From assembly GCA_951406725.2 (NCBI GenBank), contig OX597840.1:21948001-22012000 (forward strand): 64,000 nucleotides of DNA, written 5' to 3'. Below, piece by piece: positions 22,413 to 36,914 of the stretch. The translations under genes were made by a program, and so were the position numbers. A model generated the notes under the pieces. The model saw nothing but the letters and a program-made list of their open reading frames with translations, was not told the DNA's origin and searched no databases. How positions within the stretch are numbered: position 1 is the first letter of the stretch; each line of letters opens with the position of its first letter. The DNA comes from Octopus vulgaris. Taxonomy: Eukaryota.

Positions 22413-23177
22413 TAAATCCTTTCTGCTAAAGGTACAAGGCTTGAAATTTGGAAGAAGGGGACTAGTCGAATACGTTGACCCCAGTGTAGCACTGGTACTT
22501 AATTTATCGACCTCGAAAGGATGAAAGGCAAAGTCGATGTCAATAGCAACGGTTGAAACACCGCTGAGCATCTTGCCTGGTGCGCTAACGATTCTGCCAG
22601 CTCACCGCCTCAATAATAATAATAATGATAATAATAATAGAAATGAGCACTTGACTGGTCCCTGGATAGGACATGAAGAACCATTCTATGAAGAGCTCCT
22701 AATTTGATGGCACTTATTTAAAAAAAAAGAAAAGAAAAATTGTTTCTTGCGTTGATATCTTAGGAATACTATTCACCAACAGCAACTCTCCAAGAACCAA
22801 GAATTTCGAGACGTTATCACTGCTGAATTCGTTAACTTGACAACTGATTTATTTCTCAAAGCTTCACGATCAATACTCAAAAGAATTTTTAACATTTCAT
22901 TTGAATATAACAAATTTTGATGTGTTTGTTTAACAACAAAACATATTTGCATAAAAGTCTCCTAATTTAATTCTTTAAGTAAATATTATCACATCACATC
23001 ATAAAATTTGCTTTTCTTTGATATTTAAGTTTTATTTTCACAGAATTCAAACTGTTAAACCGGTCACTTAACAAAGTAATGTTTCTTTTGGTTACGTCAA
23101 CACAGTTCTTGGGATTTGTGGGAGCTGACCCCAGTTTCTGTGTTATTAAGGGTGTATAGTAGTAAATCACATGTTAA

Positions 23178-23388
23178 CCTTTTTGGTACCAACCTACCCG
23201 TGAGCGCTTCTGATTCGGTGACAAAAATTTTAAAGAGATCATAATTAAAATTTTCCATCAAAATTTCATATTTATGTTCCAAGCACCAGCTTAAAAATAA
23301 CAAAATTCTTTGGATAAATTCTTCATTAATTTGAGAATTAACCAAAGCAAAAGTAGTGTATTTCAGCAGAAATATGGAAACAAAAGGG
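23178..23388. mobile_element. piggyBac-like MITE
   Basis: TTAA|CCTTTTTGGTACCA ... TGGAAACAAAAGGG|TTAA. A related internal sequence occurs at ~17490-17700. Confidence 0.65.
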
Positions 23389-26300
23389 TTAAACTTCTGT
23401 TTAATTCCACTATTTTTGATTCATGCTACGATCTTTTCCAAGAAGACGCTTCTCTGGTTTTATTGGAAGAAAACTATTTTTAATAGCAAGAACTTTTAGG
23501 GGGCAAGATTAGTTATTCGAAAGAACAGCTCTTCATGCAAATGTATGTATGTAAAATATAATTAAGATTCAGTTGAATTAGGTACTTAAATTGCTAGTTG
23601 GGTATAGTCCACACAGCCTAACAATATTATTTGAATATTGAATATCAAGACTTCTTGTAGAGTTGTTTGTACCTAATATTTGTGTCCTGTGTGCAGACAA
23701 CGTAACACAGCCATGTATGTATGCATGTGTGTGTGTGTGTGTGTTCATATGGGTGTTTGCTATTTATTTGCAGCTCCCTTAGCTTTACGATTAAGGGTAC
23801 CTTATCATAATACATATAACGTGTTTATCACATATAATAATCATATTTAGTGTCGCATTCTTTTGGGTCTTCTGATTATGAAGGAAAAGGCCAATTCGTG
23901 ATCAATGGCATTCAAACCAATTCCATCTTATTTTTGGAATCAGTCTACTCCCACCCCTGTTATACGCGTCATTTGTTTTGTCTTATAGATATTAAGTTTT
24001 GGCTGCTGTTTCTAGTAGGTCGAGAGACCATATAAAGGATTTTGTCTTCGTTGTCTTATCGTTTTGTTTGCTAATTTCCATAGAAACAGAAAGTTGCAAC
24101 TTCCGCTATGTTGGCAATGGAAGCTTCCGACTAGTTAAGAATATGTAATTTAAAACGCCCGTAACTTTCTTTTTTATTATTAATTTCTAGATAAAATGAA
24201 TTTGCTTTTTTGTCATCAGTATGCAAAGCTACAATCAGTGTAGGAAAAACATTTGAAACAAAAAATCTGATGATTAGTTCAGAAAATACTGTTGGAAAGA
24301 ATTTAACAAGATCCCAACAATAACAACATCATCACAGCATCGATAATGAGGACGGCGGTGATGACAACAACAAGAACTCTAATGACAACAACAGCTTATG
24401 TTAACCCTTACGTCGTCCATGTTTCTCAAGAATTTTCTTCCCACCAACCGACCAACCAACCGACTCACCGGCCAACACAGCAGATGTGTCACTTTCACAG
24501 AATGAAAGAAAAACAAAAATTATTGTTTGTCTTGATGTTAGTGTTGCTGTTGTTGGTGGTGGTGGGTGTGTTGGTGTAGGAGATGAGGTGGCGATGGTGT
24601 CGACGGGGATGGTGTAGGAGGTGGTGTGGGTGATGGTGTGTGAGGTCTTAATGAAGATCTAAAGATTAGTCTTTCGTTATAATGAATCAATCACACAACT
24701 ATTGATTTAGTTTTAATCAGATGACTGATGATGATGATTTAATATCAACAAAAACAACAACAACGATGCTGATGATAAGGATGATATATTAATAACATCA
24801 ATAACAATAATAACAGTATTATTATTATTATTAGTAGTAGTAGTAATATTAGTAGTAGTAAAACAAAGATGACGTCAATTTTCTGCCCTCCTTTCATGCA
24901 ATAACCTCAAAATGCTCTCTTTTTAAACATTTCCTTAAGAATTTAAAATGAATTTTAAAACCCGAGATCAAAGTTCCTGGTGATTATGTTTGAAGATACA
25001 TTTTAAAGTTAATGAGATTTCTATTTTAAACTAAGATGATAATAATAATAAGAAGAAGAAGAAGAAGAGAAGGGTCTAGGATATACAGAAACTGCCTTTG
25101 TTTGACTGATGTGATTGATGTTTATATTTTAAACTAAGATGAAAGGAAAGAAGGATTGAGCTGAAAGCACCTTTGTGAGACTGATGTGATAGCTTGACCT
25201 ATTGTAGGTTTAAACTGTCAGAATAATTGGAAATCTGTTTGAAACAAGGACAACGATTCACAATAAAAAATATAACTTGATCTGTGCATCTGAAAACTTA
25301 ATCTATGCAATTCCGTGCTTGAGATGTGAAGATTACATGGGACAGACTAGTCTGTCCTTAACACAAAACTCAACAAACATCACAAATTAAAATATTGGCT
25401 TAAAATTTTGGGCACAAGGCCAGCAATTTTGGGGGTGGGGGTTGTTGATTACATCGACCCCAGTGCATAACTGGTTCTTGTTTAATTGACCCCGAAAGGA
25501 TGAAAGGCAAAGTCAACCTCGGTGGAATTTGAACTCAGATGTAACGGCAGACGAAATACCTATTTCTTTACTACCCACAAGGGGCTAAATGCAGAAGGGA
25601 CAAACAGATTAAGTCGATTATATCGACCCCTGTGCGTAACTGGTACTTATTTAATCGACCATGAAATGATGAAAGGCAAAGGCGACTTTGGCAGAATTTG
25701 AATTCAGAACGTAGCAGCAGACGAAATACTGCTAAGCATTTCGCCCGGCTTGCTAACGGTTCTGCCAGCTTGCCTGGAATTCCCGAAACAGAGCCCCACA
25801 ACCGGGAGCAGTTTAAAGTCATACCAGGTCTCGTGGGTATGAACATAATGTATACATACATAACAGGTCAAGTGACAAAAAGAAGTACATAGCATCAAAG
25901 AGGTCAGCTGTCCTGCTTATGTGAATATTTTTTGAAAATCAAAGTGAAAGAGGATGACCATGGATAGCTGCTGCGAAACTTGCAGCTTCTATATCCAGAT
26001 TATGAATTGACATTTATACCAATAATGATTGGCGCACTTAGTTTCTAATCATTAAATGCCTAACTCACGGTTTGGACAAGCTTGGGTTTTCAGAAGAAAA
26101 AAAAGCAACCAATTTGTACACCTGTAAGTGGAACAGTGAAAATACGCGAAATGTTTCTCAAGTTCAAAATGTGACATTGTTTTCGTTATCTCCATTCCAA
26201 CTCCAGAGATTTGCATCTTTGTTAGAAACTCTTTTCTCACAGAAAGACTTTTAATGGTGAAAAACATTCGGGAGCATACAAACATACTTGCAAGCACAAA

Positions 26301-26759
26301 TATGTAAATGCACTTATAACACCTTTCTTCCACCCTTTTAATTTTCCCTGTCCTTTGTACTTGCTCTAAATTGGACCTATTTATATAAATATCCATCGTC
26401 TGAAAGTTTCCACTTTTTGCTTTCTTTCGTTTTGCATTTATCCATAGAAACATATTTCGTATTTCTTACCCAAACTGTTATATTTGATATATCTGATATG
26501 TCTATCCGTATAATTGCCTCCATACATAAATACATACATACATGCATACACACACGTATATATGTATAACATAGTGACATACAACCTTATTCATGTGTGT
26601 ATGTATGCATACTTCTGTATGTGTATGTGACAGATATGTAGATGATGATGATGATTATGATGATGATAATGAGAGAGAAAGAGAGGGAAGTGGGGAAAAA
26701 GAACATAGGTTTTAGCATTCAATATTGTAGTTGCAAATTATTATATAAATCTACCATTT

Positions 26760-27085
26760 AGATCTATCTATCTACCTACATACCTGTACATCTATCTGTC
26801 TGTCTATCTAATCTATTTGTCTGTGTATCTATCTACTTATCTATCCATCTATATCTATCTATCTATCTGTCTACCTGCATATCTATCTATCTATCTATCT
26901 ATCTACCTGTATATCTATCTGTCTGTCTGTGTCTACCTGCGTATCTATCTACCTATCTATCCATCTGTATCTGTCTGTCTGTCTGTGTATCTATCTATCT
27001 ATCTACCTGCATATCTATTTACCTGCATATTTATCTATCTATCTATCTGCATATCTATTTGTCTGTCTGTTTGTCCGTTTGTCCA
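26760..27085. repeat. (CTAT/CTGT)n microsatellite
   Basis: Direct inspection; similar tracts at 10860-11080 and 36970-37130. Confidence 0.95.
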
Positions 27086-27949
27086 GCTATGTTTTATTTG
27101 CTGTATCATCTAAGAAGACAGCAAGGTGTGGATGTTGAACGGATCATCATCTGCCTATAACTCTCCCTACCACCACCACCACCACCACCACAACACCACC
27201 AACGAGAAGTTAACGAGATGTAACATGATATAAACGAGATATGACTAAGCCGTAAGCCATGTAGAGAATAACGACCCATGTTTTATCTGCTTCGTCAATT
27301 GTGATCACCCATGTCAAAAAGAAAAGTCAAACAGAAGCGACAGAGACACTTTCTACTTCCGGTTTCTCCATTTATCGATCAGATTTTGCTATTTCCTAAT
27401 GAAAAGATTGATCTACGATGTTTTAGCTGTGTTCCATTAGTGGAGCAAGCAGGAAACATTCCAGAAATAACATCTAACAACAAATGTGAGTTACGCTATG
27501 TGGCCATTTCCACAGAGAAACAGGACCATTAAAACATTGTAAGTGGACCAGTGTTGAAGGCAATTCTACACGCGATTCTTACGCGTATGGTGGATAAATC
27601 GAAGGAAAAGTTCTTTTATCTTCAATCTCTTAATTGTTTTAATCTTTAGGCTGCGGCCATGCTGGAGCACCACTTTGAAGGGGTAGTCAAACAAATCAAA
27701 CCCAGTACTTATTCTATCGGTCTGTTTTGCCAAACTGCTAAGTTATGGGGACATGGGCAAACCAACACTGGATGTCTAGCGGCGGTGGGATACGAACACA
27801 AACACACAGATACAAGGTACACATACATACATACACAAACATACAAAGCTTGTAGACTCAGGTGTGAATTTTGCTGACTGAGATAGAACAAGATTTAACT
27901 TATGAGCATAACAATGAGTAAATAAAGCTGTTGGTACCTTTTCTCTTAC

Positions 27950-28780
27950 TTAAACTTGAAACCCATTTAAATTGGATGCCATCACTATTGTCCCATCGTA
28001 CGTCTGCTCTACAAGTTTCTCACAACAGTCATTAAATATACACTCTGTTACACCTCCAACAGTTCTGTCCTTAAGAATGTCAAATCCTATAAATACTTTT
28101 TTGATATCAGAGTACCTCAATACTGAAGAGTACTGAGCTGTCCATGAAATGTCTGTCGTTTCATCCCCTTCTGTGGCAGTGAACGAGGCCTGTGCTGCGA
28201 CTTCTTTAATATTATTTTCTACGATTGTGTCTACTGCTTCTATCAAGTCATTTTGTATCTTATTAGAAAGGCCAGAAAAAACTGATGAATTCTGTAAATG
28301 TGTTAATTTGTTATCAAATTTTGCAGTGTAGTTCAGTAACTCAACATAGTTCCTGTGATTTAACGATGATTTCTGTTCATTATCTCCGTGAAAAGCAAAT
28401 TCCTGTTTAATCAAGAAACAAGTAGCAGAAATCAATTTTTTTAATATCTCTCTCTGTTCTCTTTAACCTTTTTATTGGGAACTTCAGGGCTGACAGACTT
28501 CTGTTTATCTAAGAGCAATTTGATTCATGCAGATCCAAATATTTCCAATGATATTTGGCTTTCATAATGTGCTGCCGATCGTTTGTGTTTACTCAAAGCA
28601 TTGGGCAAATGATTTAAATCCCAATATCCTTCTTTTACCCACACACTTCCACTGGATACAGAAAACAGCAAACAAGGGAAACAAAAGAGCCCTTTTGTTG
28701 TAGCACAGCCGAACCACCACCCTTTCTTGCTGTACCAAGCAGTTCGAAAAGCTGTAATAATTTCTGTTGTTTTAGGTCCC
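27950..28780 (-). pseudogene. hAT-family transposase fragment (ZMYM1/DUF4371-like with TTF-type Zn finger)
   Basis: LFCFPCLLF..WVKEGY; AFHGDNE..SLN.RNYVELL; SNKIQNDLIE; DETTDIS; QTYDGTIVM. Confidence 0.85.
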
Positions 28781-29583
28781 TAAAACTGAAAGTAAAACAC
28801 ACAAAACAAGCATAACAGGCACGTGACTAAACTGGGGACAGATTTACTTCTGCCTTTGTAACAGGTATAGAAAACGGTGTTGTAGGAGTGTACGTAGCAA
28901 GTGTACCACAGTAGGAGTACTATACGTAGCTTAAATACTTAGATTGAAAGGCATGGGCGAATTATGCCTGCCTAATCTACACACAACCACAATCTTGCAA
29001 TGATCGCAAGTGGAACACCCTAACCACAGGGCTTTCGCACCTTCACTGTCAAAGGATTAAAACAAATAATAGAAGAAAAAAAGAATAAACTGATCCAAAA
29101 GTTATGAACTCTGTTCAATAATTTTTGCTGACGCAAATCACCAATACACTTCTCCAATTCAGATTTTTATTTGCTATGTATGTAGATCATTACATACTTA
29201 TGCAAATATGCATGCCATACACACTTGAAGTATGTACATAATACATACACACTTACATTAAACATCATTCCCCCTTTCTATATTCTTAATATCACATACA
29301 TTTCGTTCTTTAAAATTGATTCGTTTCTTTTTCATTTTATCTTCTTGTAAAGAATACGGTCATCAGGCCGATGTAGTTCTCATCTTTACTACTTGAGGCA
29401 CATTATGTAGCCTTAGAAACCGTTTTTAAAAACATTTACCAGCGAACTTTCACCGCTAATCGATCTGCATACACTTACAATTATCCAGTCAATGGTCGCT
29501 GCTTTAGGTTTTATTTTATATTTGCTTTATTCCGTTATTTTTCCCCTCGATATTTTAATGAGTATACCTCTATTTTCGTTTTG

Positions 29584-29623
<40 letters not shown>

Positions 29624-29879
29624 TGTATATATATATATATATATATGCATATGTCAGTGTGTGTAAGTATGTGCATATGTGAATGTGAGTTGTTTTATAC
29701 ATATGTGTATTTCTTTGGTTGAGGCGGTGTATATGGCGATGATGTTAATACCTCTGTTGGTAATGATGAGGCTGGTCGCTGAAGAGTTTTATGAAAAACA
29801 CGCATGGAATGAGTTAAATTGATTTCTGAAATTCATTTGGGACAGACAGAGAAACACACACACACGTACGTATGTATGT

Positions 29880-29911
<32 letters not shown>

Positions 29912-30242
29912 TTATATATATATGTATGTATGTATGTTTGTAAAAATATATGCATGTGTATTTATATATGTACTTGTATATATAAATATGGATACATATA
30001 TATGTATATGTGTGTGTGTGTATGTATATATATATATATATATATAAATAAATATATGCTTCTGTCAGTTTCTGTCTACAAAATCCATTCACAAAGCTTT
30101 GGTCGGCCCGAGTCTATAGTGGAAGACACTTGCCCAAGGTGCCACGCAATGGAACTGAGCCTGGAACCATGTGGTTGGAGAGCTAGCTTCTTACCACACA
30201 GCCACACTTGTGCCTATATGTGTGTCTACATGTCTGTGTATG

Positions 30243-30280
<38 letters not shown>

Positions 30281-30289
30281 TATATCGAA

Positions 30290-30605
30290 GTGCATGGCTC
30301 AGCAGTTAAGTTTATTTGGCTCACGGTCGTAAGATTGTGAGTTCAATTGTTGGTTGACCTTGAGCAAGACCCTTTATTCCACGTTGCTTCAGTCCACTCT
30401 GTTGGGCAGAAATGAGTAGTATCAGTATTTCAAAGGGCCAGCTGTGTGACATTCTGTGTCATGCTGAATCTCCCTGAGAACCACACTAAGCGTACAAGTG
30501 TCTGTGGAGTACTCAACCACTTGCACGTTAATTTTAACGAGCAGACTGTTTCATTGATCGGCTTAACTGGAACACTCGTCGTTGTAACCGACGGAATGCC
30601 AGTAT
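30290..30605 (+). mobile_element. tRNA-derived SINE family C
   Basis: CATGGCTCAGCAGTTAAG..GAGTTCAATT..CCTTGAGCAAGAC. Related heads at 37695-37980(+) (GGTTCGATTCCC, TTGAGCAAAGC) and 39960-40225(-). Confidence 0.65.
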
Positions 30606-31509
30606 ACATACATATTTATGACATGCTATAATGCCATATATGGTCACGCACACATACACACACACCCACCCAACCATGTATAAATATATTCACATAAAAA
30701 TGTATCCATTAATTCCTACAGAGATGTTTGCATGTGAGTATAGATATTTATGTGTCACCTGCAGCTGCAAACTTCCAGCTGTTGATTGTATTTATAAGCT
30801 GGGGTTGATCACTTAATTTAATTATTCTTATTTCCGGAAGTGCTCACTGAACAGATCATAGACTACCTGATGGCCATTTCCTCCCATTCTATGCAGATAA
30901 TGAATTATTATCCACTGAAAGTTGGCCGCTTCTTATAATCGTGTCCCACATTTTTCAGCGTTTTATGCTGTCGTCGTTTGTGATGGTGGTGGAATTGTTA
31001 GCACGCTGGGCGGAATGCGTAGCCATATTTCATCTGCCGTTATGTTCTGAGTTCAAATTCCGCCAGGGTCGACTTTGCCTTTCATCCTTTCGGGGTCAAT
31101 AAATTAAGTACCAGTTACGCACTGGGGTCGATATAATCGACTTAATCCGTTTGTCTATCCTTGTTCGTCCTCTCTGTGTTTAACCCCTTGTGGGTAGTAA
31201 AGAAATAGGTATTTTGTTTCGTTGTAAGTTCAAATTCCGCTGAGATTGACAAGCCTTTCATACTTTCGGGGTCAATAGAATAAGTACTAGTTGAGCCGGG
31301 GGGGGGGGTCGATGTAAAATTCCAGGCCTTGAACTAACAGTAGAAACTATTATTGAGGTAGCAAATTCCGCCGAAGTCGACTTTGCTTTTCATCCTTTTG
31401 AGGTTGATAAATTAAGTACCAGTTATGTAACGGGGTCGATGAAATTGACTTAACCCCTCCACCCAAAATTTCAGGCTTGTACCAATAGTAGAAAGGATTC
31501 TTCTTCTTC

Positions 31510-31795
31510 TTCTATGAAAACTCACAGCTTGTTTTGCTGGGAATGATGGAAAGTGTCAGCTGTCCACAGCCAGCAGACTAAGGTGACCCTTGTTTACTGG
31601 TCCTGCTTCAAGAACCCTGCAAAGAATTCTTGCAGTTCCAAGCAATGATGATTTCTGTAGGTGTTCTACTTCCACACTTGCACCAATCTTTTTCAGCCAT
31701 GTTGGTAGTTGAGTGCTGGTACTTCCAAGAGCACCAATTACTATTGGTATCACATCTACTCACTTCATTGGTCACAACCTTTGCATTTCCCACTT
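31510..31795 (-). mobile_element. R4/Dong-like 3' fragment
   Basis: IPIVIGALGS..LQKSSLLGTARIL.RVL. Confidence 0.75.
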
Positions 31796-32338
31796 CCAAT
31801 CGTCGTTCAGTTTTTCTTCTTCTTTCTCTTTGATCCTGTTGTCACCAGGACATTGCTATGTCAGGCAAAATGTTTACTAGCATGTCGTCCGTCTTAACGC
31901 TCTGAGTTCAAATTCTGCCGAGGTCTAAATTGCCCTTCATCCTTTTCCAGTTCGATAAAGGTACCAGTTGAGAACTGGGATCGATACAATTGATTAGCTG
32001 CTCCCCACAAAAGTTCAGGTCCAGTGCCTTTAGTAGGAACGATTATATTATCGTTTGCATGTATTTGGAGGCCAAGCGTAAACCTAAAACCCTGTTTTGT
32101 TAAATATTGTGCTTCTCTTTCTTTTACTGATGAAATTTGTATCAATGTGGCTCAGGCTTGGGTCTGTAGTTAAGAAGCTTGCTTCCAGACCATGTGGTTC
32201 TGGGTTCAGTCCCACTGCGTGACACCTTGAGCAAGTATCTTTTACTTCAGCCTCGGGGCGATCAAAGCCTTGTGTGTAGACTTGGTAGAGAGAAACTGAA
32301 AGAAGCCATCGTACACTCACACTCACACACACGCACGA

Positions 32339-32369
<31 letters not shown>

Positions 32370-32414
32370 TATATATATATACACACATACATATATACAT
32401 ACATATATATATAT

Positions 32415-33600
32415 GCAGAGTGCGTAAGATATTTGAGGACAGATTTATGTTCATAAAAAAAAGACGATATATAATAACATAACTTTATTTATCAAAATAC
32501 TAAACTTTCTTTTCTATAATGTTATTCAATAAAGCCACCTTCAGCTTCATCAATTGCTTCTATATGAGATCTAAATCATCTACATGCTCGAATCAAGTGG
32601 TCCTGGTTCATTTTGGACATTACTCTGACTATGGCAGCTTTCAAAGAATCTTTGGTGCTCTGGGCATGTTCACTAACTTCTTTCTCAACAACTCTCCGCA
32701 TGTAACAATCCAGTGGATTGAGATCTGGGGAATTTGGAGGCCAAATGTTAGGGGTTATATGATGATGAAAAGTTTCAGCTATCCATTCCAATGTTACTTG
32801 AGCCGTGTGTGATGACGCAGAGTCTTACTTGAAACATACATGGCCTTCCATTGTGTACACTGTCTATTCAGAGCTTAACAACGGTTGCCAGGACCTTAAT
32901 GTAGGCGGCAGAGTTAACTTCTAAGGCCTTGTGGAAAGAAATAACGAGGCATCGCATATTTTTCATTGCTGGAAATTTAGTATACTTAATGCTTGGAACT
33001 TCAAAAGAGTCTGCATATAATCGTCTGTCATTTTTTTTTCTGTTGACTTTTTGATCTTGGTCGAAATCAAATCTTCTGCTGGATTTTTCAGTTTGGTTAA
33101 GAGCCTCGTAGATCTGATGTAGCGAATTTCATTTGCTTTTTCTGACATAGATTGATCTTTCCTCATCATACAAGACTTATATCTGTTGTCTTTGTGGACA
33201 ACATTTCTGATTGTTCCTTCTGACACGTGGAGATCTTTTGCAATTGACTTCATGGATTATCTGAGATTGTAATCAATGGTCTGTTGAACTTTCTGGATAA
33301 CTTCAAGTGTCCTCATGATTTCAAAGCGTTTAGAATCCTTTTTACTTTTTGATATTGGTAATACATTCCCATCTTTGGTCTCCAAAATCCATATGAACTT
33401 TGGTGACTTTTAAAAATGAGGATATTTCTAAATCGCTATACTCATCCTTTATAACCACGATAACAACATGCCTCTTCATTTTTTGAGTAAGCTGGGGATC
33501 TGCCATTATTATTTTCTGAAACAAAGATTATATAGAGCTAATAAAAAAATGCATACACACACACACAACAAAATATTCTATAATTATAATCAGGGGTCAG
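32415..33600 (-). mobile_element. Degenerate Tc1/mariner-superfamily transposon
   Basis: HTH MKSIAKDLHVSEGTIRNVVH; catalytic region YVFQ.DS..; WPPNSPDLNPLD; LKAAI. Confidence 0.85.
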
Positions 33601-33692
33601 CTAAGTGCCTCGCCATGTTCTGAATTAGAAATAGACGCTAATGTCTTTTCAACTACCATAAAAATCTCAGAGATATATACATATATATATAT

Positions 33693-34463
33693 CATCATCA
33701 TCATCATCATCATTTAACGTCCGCTTTCCATGCTAGCATGGGTTGGACGGTTCAACTGGGGTCTGGGGAGCCCGAAAGCTGCACCAGTCCAGTCAGATCT
33801 GGCAGTGTTTCTACAGCTGGATGCCCTTCCTAACGCCAACCACTCCGAGAGTGTAGTGGGTGATTTTATGTGCCACCGACACAGGTGCCAGATGAGGCTG
33901 GCAAACGGCCACGCTCGGATGGTGTTTTTATGTGCCACCGACACAGGTGCCAGATGAGGCTGGCAAACGGCCACGATCGGATGGTGTTTGTTACGTGCCC
34001 ACAGCACGGAGGCCAGTCGATGCGGTACTGGCTACGGCCATGTTCGGATGGTTTTCTTGTGTGCCACGTGCCACCGGCACTGGTACCACAAAGATACAAA
34101 TTCCATTGATGTTCATCTATTTTGATTTGTTTTGATTTGATTTGATTTTCACTTGCCTCAACAGGTCTTCACAAGTGTCACAAGAAGGAAGGTATGCACA
34201 GGTGGACTGACTACGTCCCAGGTAGGGGCCACAGGTTATGGCCTGACTAGTCTTGCCGGGTCTTCGGATGGTGTTTTTATGTGCCACCGACACAGGTGCC
34301 AGATGAGGCTGGCGAACGGCCACGATCGGATGGTGTTTGTTACGTGCCCACAGCACGGAGGCCAGTCGATGCGGTACTGGCTACGGCCACGTTCGGATGG
34401 TTTTCTTGTGTGCCACCGGCACTGGTACCACAAAGATACAATTCCATTAATGTTCATCTATTT

Positions 34464-34465
<2 letters not shown>
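33693..34465 (-). mobile_element. RTE LINE 3' UTR with ~52-bp tandem units and a ~210-bp internal duplication
   Basis: (GAT)n tail. TGTGCCACCGACACAGGTGCCAGATGAGGCTGGC occurs three times. 33915-34125 is repeated at 34265-34465. Confidence 0.9.
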
Positions 34466-34507
<42 letters not shown>

Positions 34508-34979
34508 TGTTTTATGAAGAAAAGAAAATGTAGAGTTGAAAGTTAATAATTATTCATTATTAACAAATTGGTAGTCTTTACGTCTTATGGCCATTTCCAT
34601 TAATATTCAATAATTAAATTACAAATATGTGCATTAAATTTGCATTAATATACTTTGAGTATAATTTCATCAGAGACAAAAAGAGATGCAATAACATGTT
34701 ACATGCCGACCTTGATGTTCATACCACCAGACTAAATATCTATGTATGTATATATATATGTGTGTGTGTGTGTCTTTGTTTGACCCCCCCCCCTACCATT
34801 GCTTTACAAATGATGCTGGCATGCTTATGTCCCACGTAACTTAGCGGTTCGGCAGAAGAGACCGATAGAATAAATACTAGCTTATAAACAATAAGTCCTG
34901 GGGTCGATTTGCTCATCTAAAGGCAATGCCCCAGCATGGCCGTAGTCAAATAACTGAAACAAATAAAAGAGTAAAGGAG

Positions 34980-35015
<36 letters not shown>

Positions 35016-35859
35016 TGCGTGAGCGTATATATCTATGTGTGTGTCTTTGTGGTATGTTTGTCACCAACCATTGCTTGACCACCGGTGTTGGTTTGGTTAC
35101 GACCACGTAACTTAGCTGTTTGACAAAAGAAACCGATAGGACAAGTACCTGACTTAAAGAAAAATAAATGCTTGGACGGATTCGATCGTCTGACCATTGC
35201 AGGGTGGTGCTCCAGCATGACCGCAGTCGAATGATTGTAACAAGTACGGTATAAAAGCTAAACGACACCTTGAGCTGTTTGGTGCCAATCATTTTCAAAC
35301 ACGCCAAAGGTGTTGGTATATTTGTTCTGTTATTATGAAGTTATGTTCTTTGACGAGTTTGGAGAATCTGGCTCTGTTTGTAGTTGAGTACTTTAATAGA
35401 CATGAGTCAGATTGCTTGGAAATCAGTAAAATGTGAAACTAATCGTCGTAATGTGTGTAATTTCGGCTTAAAATACAATTTATAACCTACTTAAAGGCCT
35501 TGTGCTGCATTGTTTCTTCTTTTTTCTCTTTTTACACCTACGGGTTATTTAAAGTGTTATGTATCTTTTTTCCTACGTACATATATACACACACACACAC
35601 AAACGGGCACTTACACGGTATATGGGGATTCATATATAAAAGGATACATACAGAAATACATATATACATACACACATATATACATGTATATATATTTTAG
35701 ATATTACATACATACTTATCTAGTATATGGGTATATCTAAAATATATACATGTATGTATGTGTGTATGTATATATGTATTTCTGTATGTATCCTTTTATA
35801 TAGAAATCTCCATATACAATAATTTCAGCGAACAGTGCCATCGGGCCTTGTCAGATTCG

Positions 35860-35911
<52 letters not shown>

Positions 35912-36447
35912 AATAGTAAAAAGTGAAAAAACTACAGAAGGCTTAAAGGTTAAAAAATATATATATATATCATCATCATCATCGTTTAGCGTTCGTAGAG
36001 AAAGAGAGAGATAACATACATATATACATAGAAACATATGTACATATATGTATAAGCACATATATTTTTATATGTATATATATATGTGTGTGTGTGTGTA
36101 CATGCATGTATATAAACAAATGCATAAATATATATGCATACTTTACATACACATATGCATACATACATACGTACACAAGAATATACATCATATGAAAATA
36201 ATTGTGAATATGGTGAAAATGTTTAGTGCTGTAGTAGCGGTGATAGCGTTGGTGGTGGTTGCGGTGGTAGTGTTGGTAGTAGTGGAGATAGCATTGTTGT
36301 TGTTGTTGGTGGTGGTGGTGGTAGTGTTGGTGGTGGTTGAGATATTTTTGGTGAATAACACATACTCGGTGCCATCAAATTTGGTTCTGCAGTAATGGTT
36401 GGTGGTCGCCTGCATTGATTGATGGTAACACACACACACACACAGCA

Positions 36448-36495
<48 letters not shown>

Positions 36496-36634
36496 TACAC
36501 ATAGTACATATATACACACATTCTATACACACAGCATATGTATATGCACATGTACTATACAGATAGTATATAGACACATATACTACACACTGTATATATA
36601 TACATATATATACACACGTACCATGCGCCTAGTG

Positions 36635-36668
<34 letters not shown>

Positions 36669-36866
36669 CACAACACGTATATACACAGCAAATATATACA
36701 GACACCATACCAACAGTGCATATAACTACACATAGCAAATACAGCGAATATATACACATACTCTGCACACAACATACGCATACACAAACATCAAACAGAA
36801 CCGTGTGTCTGTCTGTCTGTCTGTCTGTAGGTGCACATTGTAGACATAGCTTATATCCATCTATCG

Positions 36867-36914
<48 letters not shown>

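Noticed and set aside
33860-34440. Repeat-spacer-like array
   Set aside because: Not CRISPR: contiguous ~52-bp tandem units without unique spacers, inside an RTE 3' UTR, in eukaryotic DNA with no cas genes.
35800-35862. Minus-strand CTGACAA..GCTGAAA hammerhead-like remnant, and a similar one at ~29390-29425
   Set aside because: Core mutated and stems I and III cannot be drawn convincingly.
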